From NCBI RefSeq assembly GCF_000009045.1, contig NC_000964.3:1320001-1352000 (forward strand): a stretch of DNA of 32,000 nucleotides, written 5' to 3'. Each line of letters begins with the position of its first letter. Within the stretch, counting starts at the first letter, position 1. The notes under the pieces were generated by a model. The model was not told the DNA's origin and searched no databases. It worked only from the letters and a program-made list of their open reading frames with translations. Below, in pieces: positions 9,555 to 19,628 of this stretch. Source of the DNA: Bacillus subtilis subsp. subtilis str. 168 (GTDB lineage: Bacteria > Bacillota > Bacilli > Bacillales > Bacillaceae). A program made the position numbers and the translations under genes.

Positions 9555-10490
9555 TTGAGAAATCAAGAGATCATTCGGAAAGCGGAAATGTCGCTTTCTG
9601 CTTTAAAAAGCGGCGGGCTTATGAACCCTGCGCAAGCATCGGCTTTTATCCGCATGGTGCAAAACACGCCGACCATTTTCAGTGAATCCCGCGTGATTCA
9701 AATGGAAAACGATTCGCAAAAATTTGAAAAAATCGGCTTCGGCCAGCGTATTCTGCGGGCTGCGCAAGAAGGAAAAGCACTGTCAAACGACGAGCTGACA
9801 GTTCCAACGACAAGCACTGTCCAGCTGAACACGAAGGAAGTCATTGCGGAAATCAACATTACGTATGACACACTTGAAAACAATATTGAAAAAGACGGCC
9901 TGCAGCAGACAATCATGCAAATTTTAGCAGAGCGCGCAGCAGTTGATATTGAAGAGCTGATCGTTAACGGCGATACAGCATCAGCTGATCCGTATCTGGC
10001 ACAGCTGGACGGCATCCGTAAACAGGCGGTTTCCCATATCGTTGACATGAACGGTGAAGAACTGTCCAGAGCGACATTCAAGAAGGGCTTAAAGGCAGTT
10101 CCGCCGAAATATTTGCGCATCCCTCAGGAATTCAGATTCTATACGTCTCACGGCTTAGAAGTTGAATGGAAGGACCGCGTGGCAGACCGCCAGACAAACC
10201 TTGGGGACCAAGCTGTTCAGGGCGGCTTGTCAACAGCATTCGGCGTACCGGTCAAAGGGGTATCCAATATTCAGCCGTACACAGTCGGTGAGGGAGACGC
10301 GCAATATGACGCTTCTGATATCATTCTCACACATCCGAAAAATATCATTCTCGGCTTCTCCCGCAATATCCGAATTGAAGTCGACAAAGACATCCGCTCC
10401 CGTAAATTCATTATTGTCTTAACGGCCAAGCTGGACAGCAAGTTCGAGGAAGAGGATGCCTGCGCGAAATTAATTAACGTAAAAGAATAA
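9555..10490 (+). CDS. xkdG: Major capsid protein XkdG
   Basis: 311-aa HK97-like capsid; operon position. Confidence 0.92.
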
Positions 10491-10511
10491 TAGAAACGAG
10501 GTGGTCAGCTC

Positions 10512-10895
10512 ATGCTCATTGAACCGACTGACGTAGCTTCCTATTCGGTCTATGATCGGGTGAAAAACAGGCCGGAAGAGCTGCTGGCGCAGGATATCAT
10601 CGAGGCGGAAGCAGAAGCGGCTCTCATCACGGGCCACCGCTTTGAAGACAGCTTGTATGATCCGCTGCCCGGCAAGGTGAAGTTGGCTTTAGTAAAGCTT
10701 GCCCAGTATTTTGCGCTTGTCAACAGCGATGAATCTGCCTCATCAAGCTATCAGTATGAGAAAATGGGGGATTATTCCTACACGGTTTCCGGAGAAGGCA
10801 GGATTCAGCGGCCTGAGGTGTATCATTTGCTCGAAGAGTTTATTAAGCCGGGCTACGTCCCTGAATCCTCCAGACTGAAGGTGAGATCTTTATGA
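10512..10895 (+). CDS. Head-tail connector-type protein (YqbG-like), 127 aa
   Basis: ORF in syntenic position after capsid; RBS GAGGTGG upstream. Confidence 0.75.
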   Translation: MLIEPTDVASYSVYDRVKNRPEELLAQDIIEAEAEAALITGHRFEDSLYDPLPGKVKLALVKLAQYFALVNSDESASSSYQYEKMGDYSYTVSGEGRIQRPEVYHLLEEFIKPGYVPESSRLKVRSL

Positions 10896-11248
10896 GCTAC
10901 AGGCAGATGCTCATTCACCGCTGCGATATTTATCATGAAGCAGCGCAAGCGCCGTCTGCAGGCCGATTTGGGATTCCGGCAGACAGGCTGCAGCCGGTGA
11001 TTTCATATCCGGATACACCCGATGAACAAGATGTCCCTTGTTATTTTACCGAAAAAACACAGCAGCTGATTCAGGAGGAGCCGGATCAAACTGTATATCA
11101 TAGCTTTCTCGTCCATTTTCCGTTGTCAGCGGACATCCGCGTGAACGATAAAATCATTTGGGAGAATCATAAATATATACTAAAGCTGCCGAAAAGGATC
11201 AGACATCATCATTGGGAGGTCGTCGCAGTCAGGGATGAAAGCCTATGA
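10892..11248 (+). CDS. xkdH: Head closure-type protein (YqbH-like), probably XkdH
   Basis: 118 aa, ATGA overlap with preceding ORF; synteny. Confidence 0.7.
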   Translation: MSYRQMLIHRCDIYHEAAQAPSAGRFGIPADRLQPVISYPDTPDEQDVPCYFTEKTQQLIQEEPDQTVYHSFLVHFPLSADIRVNDKIIWENHKYILKLPKRIRHHHWEVVAVRDESL

Positions 11249-11730
11249 AAATAGCGGGATTGAAACAGCTGAACACGGCATTAAAAGAAGCGGCTTCAGG
11301 CGGTTTTTCCAGACAGGCGTCCCGGTGGCTTGAGGAGTGCGGGCAAGATTTTCTAGAGATCGTCCAATCTGAACTCATCAGCACACAAACGATTGATACA
11401 GAAAAACTGCTCAGTTCCTTTGAGAAAGGCGCAGAGGACAATCTCTGGATTGTGCAAAGCGGCGGGCTTTCGCTTGAGGTGGGGACACAGCTTGATTACG
11501 CCTCATTTCTTAATGACGGCCATTGGACGTCAAAACAAGATGTGAGATGGGTGCCGGGGCGTTTTCAAGGCTCACGGTTTATTTATGATCCAGCGGCTTC
11601 AACGGGAATGGCGCTCAAGAGAAAATGGATACCGGGCACGGGCTACTGGGATCATGCACTGCTTTTATATGAACAGCTGTTTGAAAAATCGCTGGAAAGC
11701 AAACTGCGCCAGTGGCTGAAGAAGCTGTAA
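11245..11730 (+). CDS. xkdI: XkdI, HK97 gp10-like neck/tail component
   Basis: 161 aa; synteny, ...RKWIPGTGYWDHALLLYEQLFEKSLESKLRQWLKKL. Confidence 0.8.
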   Translation: MKIAGLKQLNTALKEAASGGFSRQASRWLEECGQDFLEIVQSELISTQTIDTEKLLSSFEKGAEDNLWIVQSGGLSLEVGTQLDYASFLNDGHWTSKQDVRWVPGRFQGSRFIYDPAASTGMALKRKWIPGTGYWDHALLLYEQLFEKSLESKLRQWLKKL

Positions 11731-11742
11731 AGGAGGAGCAGG

Positions 11743-12183
11743 ATGAACAGTGAAACAGGATCGATCATGGCGTTTTTGTACAGCCGGTGGTCTGTTCCCA
11801 TTTATGAACGCGAGCTTCCTGATCACTTTCAGGTGCCGTCGTTATATGTCCCGCCACCATCTGTTTTCGAGGAAACAGATACGGTCTCCACATTTAAAAA
11901 AACCTACAGTCTCAATGTGAAACTGTTTCATCTGGACTCCGTTCAGGCGCTGGATGAAGCGGACAGGCTCGCGGATGCCATCAGAGAAGCGAGAAATATG
12001 ATTCCGCTGCTGAGTGAATCCGGCGAGAAGACGGGGGATATGGTTCGCATCTCCCAAATCGAGACAAGGGTAGGGGACAGGGGCGAGGCGGCCATGGTGA
12101 TCAGGTGGAGCAGCAGATATTATTATCACAAAACAGAACAGCCTGTCTTACAGGATATCGACATGAACAGCGGGGTGAAATAA
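11743..12183 (+). CDS. xkdJ: XkdJ, tail terminator-like protein
   Basis: 146 aa; synteny upstream of sheath. Confidence 0.78.
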   Translation: MNSETGSIMAFLYSRWSVPIYERELPDHFQVPSLYVPPPSVFEETDTVSTFKKTYSLNVKLFHLDSVQALDEADRLADAIREARNMIPLLSESGEKTGDMVRISQIETRVGDRGEAAMVIRWSSRYYYHKTEQPVLQDIDMNSGVK

Positions 12184-12186
12184 ACG

Positions 12187-12405
12187 GTGTCAAAGGACAA
12201 ACAACAGAAGAAGGCTGTACATACAAAGAGCCGGGAAGCTCTATTTGATACAGCGGATTTGATTAAGCACGCGAAGGAACTGTTCGGCGTTAAGCCGGAT
12301 ATTCTTCAGGGGGCTTTATTTGGCGTGGATCAACCACGTATGACGAAATCAGAAGCCAACCAATTGATTCAAACATTTCTAACCAAGGAGGTCATGTCAT
12401 CATGA
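12187..12405 (+). CDS. Small late protein (72 aa), unknown
   Basis: ORF with ATGA overlap to xkdK. Confidence 0.65.
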   Translation: MSKDKQQKKAVHTKSREALFDTADLIKHAKELFGVKPDILQGALFGVDQPRMTKSEANQLIQTFLTKEVMSS

Positions 12406-13802
12406 ATGGCGGAACATTTACAACAGGCAAAGAAAAAGAACGTGCAGGCATTTATTTTAACTTTAAAACGACGGCACAGGAGCGGGTATCACTCAGTGAA
12501 CGGGGAACAGTCGCACTTCCGGTCGCCTCAAGCTGGGGCGAAGCGAAAACGTTCGTCTCCATTTCCAGCGTTGAAGACCTAAACAAAAAAGTGGGCCTCA
12601 GCATTGATGACCCGTCTTTATTGCTGCTGCGTGAAGCGAAGAAAAATGCGAAAACGGTATTGATGTACCGTCTAACCGAAGGTGTCCGAGCGTCTGCTGA
12701 TATTGCTGAAGGCGTCAAAGCAACTGCAGTATATGGCGGAACAAAAGGAAATGACATTATCATCCGCATCAATCAAAATGTGCTGGATGCTAATTCTTTC
12801 GATGTGACAACATATATGGACGAATCAGAGGTTGATAAACAGACTGTCAAAAAGGCTGAAGAATTAACAGCTAACGGCTATGTCACTTTTACCGGAACAG
12901 GCGATCTTTCTTCAACGATTCCTCTCACTGGATCAGAAGGAGACACTGCAGCTGAGACGCTGAATGCATCCGCGGGCATCCGTTTATCCGGCGGTACGGA
13001 TAAAGCCCCTGTCAACTCCGACTATACAGATTTCTTAGCCGCGGCTGAAACGGAGAGCTTTGATGTGATTGCGCTGCCTGTTGCAGAAGGTGACCAGTTG
13101 AAAGCGACGTTTGCTGCTTTCATTAAACGCCTGCGCGACGGCCAAGGACAAAAAGTGCAAGGCGTCACAGCCAATTATGCCGGTGATTATGAAGGCATCA
13201 TCAACGTAACCGAGGGTGTGCTGCTTGAAGATGGCACGGAAGTTACACCGGACAAAGCAACAGCTTGGGTAGCTGGAGCGAGTGCAGGAGCAACCTTTAA
13301 CCAATCACTTACATTTGTAGAGTACGAAGGCGCAGTTGATGTGTTACACCGCCTTGACCACGATACGATTGTTGAACGTCTGGGTAAAGGTGAATTTTTA
13401 TTCACATTCGACGCCCGTGATAAATCCGTCAGCGTAGAAAAGGATATTAACTCACTCGTGACGTTCACAGCTGAGAAAAACAAGAAATTTGCGAAGAACA
13501 AAATCGTTCGTGTCCTGGATGCTGTGAATAATGATTTAACACGCGAGCTGAAAGCCTTAATTAAATCAAGAAAAGGCAGCGGAAGCGATATCCCGGCATC
13601 TGAAGACGGACTGCAGTATGTAAAAACGATGATCACACAATACATGACAACGCTTCAGGACGCAGGCGGCATCACTGGCTTTGATTCCGATGAAGATATC
13701 ACAATTTCAATGAATGAAGATCGTGACGGCTTCTTGATTGACCTGGCTGTACAGCCTGTCGACGCAGCAGAAAAATTCTACTTTAATGTGGAGGTAAACT
13801 AA
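12402..13802 (+). CDS. xkdK: Contractile tail sheath protein XkdK
   Basis: 466 aa sheath-like; GGTFTTGKEKERAGIYFNF N-term typical of gpFI-like sheaths. Confidence 0.93.
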   Translation: MNGGTFTTGKEKERAGIYFNFKTTAQERVSLSERGTVALPVASSWGEAKTFVSISSVEDLNKKVGLSIDDPSLLLLREAKKNAKTVLMYRLTEGVRASADIAEGVKATAVYGGTKGNDIIIRINQNVLDANSFDVTTYMDESEVDKQTVKKAEELTANGYVTFTGTGDLSSTIPLTGSEGDTAAETLNASAGIRLSGGTDKAPVNSDYTDFLAAAETESFDVIALPVAEGDQLKATFAAFIKRLRDGQGQKVQGVTANYAGDYEGIINVTEGVLLEDGTEVTPDKATAWVAGASAGATFNQSLTFVEYEGAVDVLHRLDHDTIVERLGKGEFLFTFDARDKSVSVEKDINSLVTFTAEKNKKFAKNKIVRVLDAVNNDLTRELKALIKSRKGSGSDIPASEDGLQYVKTMITQYMTTLQDAGGITGFDSDEDITISMNEDRDGFLIDLAVQPVDAAEKFYFNVEVN

Positions 13803-13803
13803 T

Positions 13804-14247
13804 ATGGCATTAAAAGCACAAAACACAATCTCAGGAAAAGAAGGCCGTTTATTCCTCGATGGTGAGGAAATGGCACACATCAAAACTTTTGAAGCAAACG
13901 TCGAGAAAAACAAGTCTGAAGTCAACATTATGGGCCGCCGCATGACAGGCCATAAAACAACAGGGGCAAATGGAACAGGGACCGCGACGTTCTACAAAGT
14001 CACATCAAAATTCGTGCTATTGATGATGGACTATGTCAAAAAAGGCAGCGACCCTTATTTCACGCTCCAAGCTGTGCTGGATGATCAATCCTCCGGCCGG
14101 GGCACAGAGCGAGTCACGCTGTACGACGTCAACTTTGACTCTGCCAAAATCGCAAGCCTTGATGTCGATTCAGAAGCGTTAGAGGAAGAAGTTCCATTTA
14201 CATTCGAAGACTTCGACGTCCCTGAAAAGCTATCTGACACGTTTTAA
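13804..14247 (+). CDS. xkdM: Tail tube protein XkdM
   Basis: 147 aa, follows sheath; N-term SGKEGRLFLDGEEMAHIKTFEANVEKNKSEVNIMG. Confidence 0.93.
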   Translation: MALKAQNTISGKEGRLFLDGEEMAHIKTFEANVEKNKSEVNIMGRRMTGHKTTGANGTGTATFYKVTSKFVLLMMDYVKKGSDPYFTLQAVLDDQSSGRGTERVTLYDVNFDSAKIASLDVDSEALEEEVPFTFEDFDVPEKLSDTF

Positions 14248-14270
14248 TCAAAGCTGAATCAGCCCATACG

Positions 14271-14299
14271 CAGACCTTTCTCAGAAAGGTCTGTTTTTT
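14271..14299 (+). terminator. Strong intrinsic-terminator-like hairpin CAGACCTTTC-tca-GAAAGGTCTG + TTTTTTA
   Basis: 10-bp perfect stem, 3-nt loop, 6 T tract; between xkdM and xkdN. Confidence 0.85.
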
Positions 14300-14338
14300 A
14301 AAGATGAAACCAAACAATAGACAAGGGAGTTTTTTTAC

Positions 14339-14785
14339 ATGAGCGAGAAGAACGAAAACGTATATGATCTTTCCTTTTTTATGCCGGGAAAAACAATTGA
14401 AGCTGAGGAAATCAAAGTGCCGATCTCAAAGCGTTTTGTTGATAAAAAAGGGAATGTCATTCCGTTTATTTTAAAACCAATTACTACTGAACGGATTGAT
14501 GAATTAGAGAAAGAAAACACCACATTTAAAAATGTGAAAGGCCGCGGCCGTGTCAAAGATTTAGACTCCCAGCGCTTTTATGCGAGAATTGCCATCGAAT
14601 CTACTATTTATCCTGATTTTCGTTCAAAAGATTTAAGGGAAGCATACAAAACTGCGGATCCGGTAGAAGTTGCCAAACGTGTATTATCTGTTGGGGGAGA
14701 GTATGCGAACTGGCTGAATAAAGCAATTGAAATCAATGGTTTTGAAGATGATCTTGAAGATCTAGAAGAAGAAGCAAAAAACTAG
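14339..14785 (+). CDS. xkdN: Tail assembly chaperone XkdN (zero-frame product, 148 aa)
   Basis: ORF position between tube and tape measure; ends GCA AAA AAC TAG. Confidence 0.9.
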   Translation: MSEKNENVYDLSFFMPGKTIEAEEIKVPISKRFVDKKGNVIPFILKPITTERIDELEKENTTFKNVKGRGRVKDLDSQRFYARIAIESTIYPDFRSKDLREAYKTADPVEVAKRVLSVGGEYANWLNKAIEINGFEDDLEDLEEEAKN

Positions 14786-14964
14786 TAAAGGATGGCGATA
14801 AGGAAGCTGTGTATTTGTACTATGCAATGCATGAGCTTCATTACTCGCCATCCCAACTTCTTGAATTATATGAAGCACCAAAACATTTTAAAGCTCTTTT
14901 ATTTGGGTTGATAGGTTATAAGCTAGATCTATTAGAAAAAGAATCAAGGAGAGGAGGGAACTAA
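14339..14964 (+). CDS. xkdN: Candidate -1 frameshifted tail assembly chaperone (XkdN plus 60-aa extension, 208 aa)
   Basis: Slippery A AAA AAC at 14776-14782 in zero-frame phase; -1 frame open from 14782 to TAA 14962-14964: [60 protein letters not shown]. Confidence 0.85.
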
Positions 14965-14965
14965 T

Positions 14966-17900
14966 ATCGCAAAATTAACAGCCCGTTTTGATCTCGAAGA
15001 CAAGGTATCTAAAAAACTAAAACGGATACATAAAGGATTCCAAGAGGTCGAAAAAAAAGTCAAAACCATTAATCGGCAAATCAAAATCAGTATCAGAGCG
15101 GAAGATCAGGCATTTTACCGGCTGAGAAAAATAAACGACTATATCATTTTGAAATTCGCGAAATCGCTTGAAATTAAAGTTGTACTTGATGACCAAGTCA
15201 CTTCAAAGCTTGATGCAATTGAAAGAAAACTTAAACGGCTGCCGAAAGAAACGAAGCTGACTGTCTCTTTGGTAGATCGGACAGCAGCTGCGTATAAAAA
15301 AATAAAGAAGATGCTTTCTAATCAAAAGCTATCATTCCTTTTGATTCCAGATGACAAGGTTACTTCTACAGTTAAAAGGATTATCGGTTATATTAAGAAA
15401 AATTTGAAAAACGGATACACAGTAAAACTAAAGGTCATCGATGAAATCACCAAAACAGTTAATCGATTAACAGCCCTTCTAAGGAAATTTGAAAAAACCT
15501 ATTATGTAAAAGTGGTTGTTAAGACAAAAATATCAGACAAAATCAATAAAAAAGAAAGCCTGATTAACAAAGAAACTTCTAAGAAAGAATCAGACAAATC
15601 CTCAGATAAAGGCTCTGATAAAAACTCAGATCAAAAACCTGGATGGGTCGGAAAAATAAAAGGCTGGCTGAAGGATTGGTGGACAAAATCAGCTTGGCCT
15701 TGGATCAAAGATACGCTCAATGAAATAGGCAAAGCTTTTTTGGATCGTTTCAAAGAGAGATTGATAGAAAAGCTGAAAAATGATGTGTTTGATAAGATCA
15801 TTGATAAAATTCTAGGACCACAAAAAAAGGACGATTCTGGTGAAAATTCTGACACAGATAAAAAAGTCCTTAACCGTAATACAGGAGGAAATTGTTGCTG
15901 TGACTGCTGTGAAGGCGGTATCAGCCCGGGCACTAAAAATAAAAAAACCTATAGAAAAAAGAAAAGTCCCACAAAGGCTCCAAACAGAACACTCAAGGTT
16001 CCTGGAGAGGTGATAAGAAGACGCCAGAGCGGCACACCTGCTGAAAGTGCACCTAGGACCTCGGGTTCCAAGTTAAAGAACTGGCTTGGAGGCTTAAAAT
16101 CGCTAGGGAAGGATTCATCTAAACTAGGTAAAGCGTTCAGAGGAATGGGAAAGGCTGTTCCATACGTAGGATCTGCTTTAGCAGTGTTTGATTTAGCTGG
16201 AATCAATAAAGATAATGCTGGCGAAAAGGTTGGTTCAATTGGAGGACGTATTGCCGGAGCGGAAGCTGGTGCAACAGCCGGAGCGGAAGCTGGTGCAACG
16301 ATTGGATCTTTCGTTGGTCCGGAAGGTACAGCAATCGGCGGCGCAATCGGCGGAATTGGCGGCGGGTTAGTAGGCGGAATCGGCGGCGAAGAAGCAGGTA
16401 AGAACATTGGTAAGATGTTTGATACTTCTAAGTTAAAGGAGAGCATAAGCAATTCACTATTTAACAAAGAGTGGTGGAGTGGAAAATGGAACTCCATTTC
16501 TGATACTGCCAATGGGGCTATTACTTGGATTGAAGATACATGGAGTAAAGTTTCAACTTGGTTTGACCAGTATGTGTTTACACCTATATATAATGTTGCT
16601 GTACCTGTAATTAATTTTATAGTAGGATTGTTTGCCTATGCCTGGGATGGCATATTGGCAGTATGGAACATTGTCTACCCGTGGTTTAAGGATAACGTGT
16701 GGGATCCAATAAGCGGAGCAGTTACTAATGTTGCTACAACGATATGGACTGGATTGTGCAACGCCTGGACGGTTATTTCAGGCATATGGTCTACTGTTTC
16801 AACATGGTTTATGGACAATGTGTGGAATCCTGTAAGTGAAGCCGTAACCACTGCGGCAACATGGATTTGGAGTAAGATCAATGATGCATGGACAATAATT
16901 TCCAATATTTGGACAGGAGTATCGAATTGGTTTTATGATAATGTATGGAACCCGATCGTCAAAAAAGTAGAAGATATTAAAACTTCAATAAAAGAAAAAT
17001 TCGATGATGCAAGGAAATTTTTTGAGGATGCATGGGATGGAATTGAAACTTGGTTTAATGAACATGTGAAAGATCCATTGGTTAAAGTATCAGAGAAAAT
17101 TGCTGAGAAATTTCAATGGCTATTCGATTTAAAAGATTCAGTTGGTGGTTTCGTTGCAAAAGTAATACACAGGGGGGAAGAAGTTACTCACCTCAAGAAA
17201 AAACCAATCAAAAAGGATTCGAAAGAGAAAAAAACTAGTTCCAAACCAACTACTAATAACATTTTTGCTCAATCTCCATCAAATAATAATATGACTGTTT
17301 TTCAACAAGCACTAGATCAGAACGCCACAGGCGGCTACATCACCAAACCAACCATCTCGTGGATCGGTGAAGCCGGCAAGGAATTCGTTATCCCGGTTGA
17401 TAACAACCGAGGCCGGGGGAAGATGCTTCTTTCACAAGCGGCGTCTAAGCTGGGTATGCAAGTTGTAGACGACATGGGCGCAGCTTCGTCTTCTGGCGGA
17501 AGTCCAGCATCTGTTTCAGGAGGAGCAGCTGTCAGTCCTCTATCAGGCACAGCCTCCCCAGTAATGAACACTGCAAATCTTACAGGCCAAGCGTCCACAC
17601 TCGGACAGCAATTTTCAGAAGGCTTTGGTAAAGGCATCAGCGATCAGCCGGTCAAAATGGAAGACTGGAAAAAGAAAAACATCAATACACCATTTACACA
17701 AATGATTTCTGCTTCACCAAATTACGGTAAACAAATGGTAAGTGGGTATGCCAAGGGCCAAAGCGGCACTGCAACCGGAACAGACGGCTTTTTGCAATCA
17801 AAAGTTAAAACGCCGTTCCAAGCCACTGTGAGCAAATCGTCTTCATGGGGCACAGGAACGGTCAAAGGCTTTGCGCAAGGACAAAATTCAACCCAAACAG

Positions 17901-18964
17901 GGACTGCACAGTATGTGAGTACACATGTTGACAAACCGTTCCTGCGTTCAAAAGACACATCGAACAGCTGGGGCTCCGGTTTGATTGGAAACTTTGTGAC
18001 AGGCATGAATTCTAAATCCAGTGAAGTAAAACAAGCAGCAAAGGATATGGCCAAGAGAGTGGAGCAGGCTTTCCGTGAAGAATTAGATATCCATTCACCT
18101 TCTCGAGTCATGATGAGCTTGGGGCGTTTTGCCTCTGTCGGTGTTGTAAAAGGACTGGATTCTGTCGATGTGAAAAAATACGCAGAAAAACAAGCCGGTT
18201 CATTGGCAGCTGCTTATTCCGGAATGGGTGCAGTAGGGGGAAATGTGAAACAGTGGCTTATGGCAGCAATAATGGCCACAAAGACACCATTGAGCTGGCT
18301 CTCGGGATTAATGACGATTGCACAGTATGAATCAGGGGGCAACCCGAACTCTATTAACCTGTGGGATAGCAACGCGAAGGCGGGAAATCCATCACAAGGA
18401 CTCATGCAGACAGTTCCAACCACATTTAATGCTCATAAAGCACCGGGCATGGGTAACATTAGAAATCCGATTCACAACGCTGCTGCCGCGATCGGCTATA
18501 TCAAAAGCAGATACGGCTCAATTGATAATGTACCTGGCATTAAAAGCCTGAAACGTGGCGGTCCTTATGTCGGTTATGCAAACGGCGGGCTGATCACGAA
18601 AGAACAAATTGCCCGTGTCGGTGAAGGAAACAAGCGGGAATGGATCATCCCAGAGGAACGGGGCATCCGCGGTCGCTACCTTCTTCAGAGAGCGGCACAG
18701 GCTCTTGGTATGGAAGTGACAGATCCGTCTCAATCCCAGCAGTCTGAGCTTTCTTCAGGACAAGTTTCAGCTGTTACCTCGGCTAGCCGGCCGACTGCAG
18801 CGGTTTCTGGATCAAAAGAGATTTATATTCAATTTAACGGTGACCAGCACTTCCATAATGGACAAGACGCCGAAAGCCTAGCGGCGAAGATCAAGCAGGC
18901 GCTTATAGATGAACTGCAAAAGGATATCAATATTGGAACGAAGGGAGTCGTTGCATTTGACTAA
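14966..18964 (+). CDS. xkdO: Tape measure protein XkdO with C-terminal lytic transglycosylase-like domain; apparent ATC start codon (1332 codons)
   Basis: Frame open from TAG at 14933-14935; SD GGAGGG 14953-14958, 7 nt before ATC; track ORF starts only at TTG 15149. C-term [36 protein letters not shown] is SLT/GEWL-like. Confidence 0.88.
16165..16430 (+). repeat. Glycine-zipper-like low-complexity segment inside XkdO ([45 protein letters not shown])
   Basis: Read directly from protein; local DNA repeats gaagctggtgcaac(a/g). Confidence 0.8.
16559..16951 (+). repeat. Four-copy 41-aa (123-nt) periodic repeat WF-x-(D/Q)-(N/Y)-V-(W/F)-x-P... in XkdO
   Basis: TGG of WFDQYVF/WFKDNVW/WFMDNVW/WFYDNVW at 16559, 16682, 16805, 16928, exactly 123 nt apart. 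Confidence 0.85.
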
Positions 18965-19616
18965 ATCCGTATATGAATTTTGGATTTCACAAGGGAAGGA
19001 CAAGCTGCGGCTCCCCGTTCTTCCCGACCAGCTGAGTATTTCAAATACAGTTCAGAATGAGACGGTTAAAGTAGCCAAGTTCGGTGACCTTACATTTATT
19101 GACGAGCAGGGAGCGAAAGAAATTTCGTTCTCTTCTTTTTTTCCGAAGAAATACAGTCCGATAGCAGAATATCAAAACTTCCCGTCGCCGGAAAATGCGA
19201 TAACAAAAATTGAAAAATGGATGAAGGCCAAAAAACCGGTTCAGTTTTTGATTACGGGAACTAAAGTGAATTTAACATGCAGTATTGAAGGTTTTTCCTA
19301 TAGCGAAGGCCAGCAGGATATAGGTGATCGTTCCTTTGATATTCAATTAAAAGAATACAAAACCGCTTCCCCGCGGAAAATCAAGCAGAAGAAAAAAACA
19401 AAGGCAAAACGTCCGTCGAAGGCTGCGCCGAAGACGTACACAGTGAAAAAGGGAGACACGCTATGGGACATTGCAGGCAGATTTTACGGGAACAGCACCC
19501 AATGGCGCAAAATTTGGAATGCCAATAAAACAGCAATGATCAAACGAAGCAAACGGAACATCAGGCAGCCGGGCCACTGGATTTTTCCCGGCCAAAAATT
19601 AAAGATACCGCAATGA
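18957..19616 (+). CDS. xkdP: LysM-domain tail protein XkdP (gp53/XkdP-type); longer frame from 18909 possible
   Basis: LysM: [35 protein letters not shown]...GQKLKIP; SD AAGGGAG 18941-18947 best fits TTG 18957. Confidence 0.88.
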
Positions 19617-19628
19617 AACAGGTGATGT

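Noticed and set aside
13187-13645. 152-aa minus-strand ORF opposite xkdK
   Set aside because: Antisense to tail sheath gene, Ser-rich shadow ORF with no independent support.
15949-16512. 187-aa minus-strand ORF rich in Pro/Ala opposite xkdO
   Set aside because: Explained as the complement of the glycine/alanine-rich zipper segment of XkdO.
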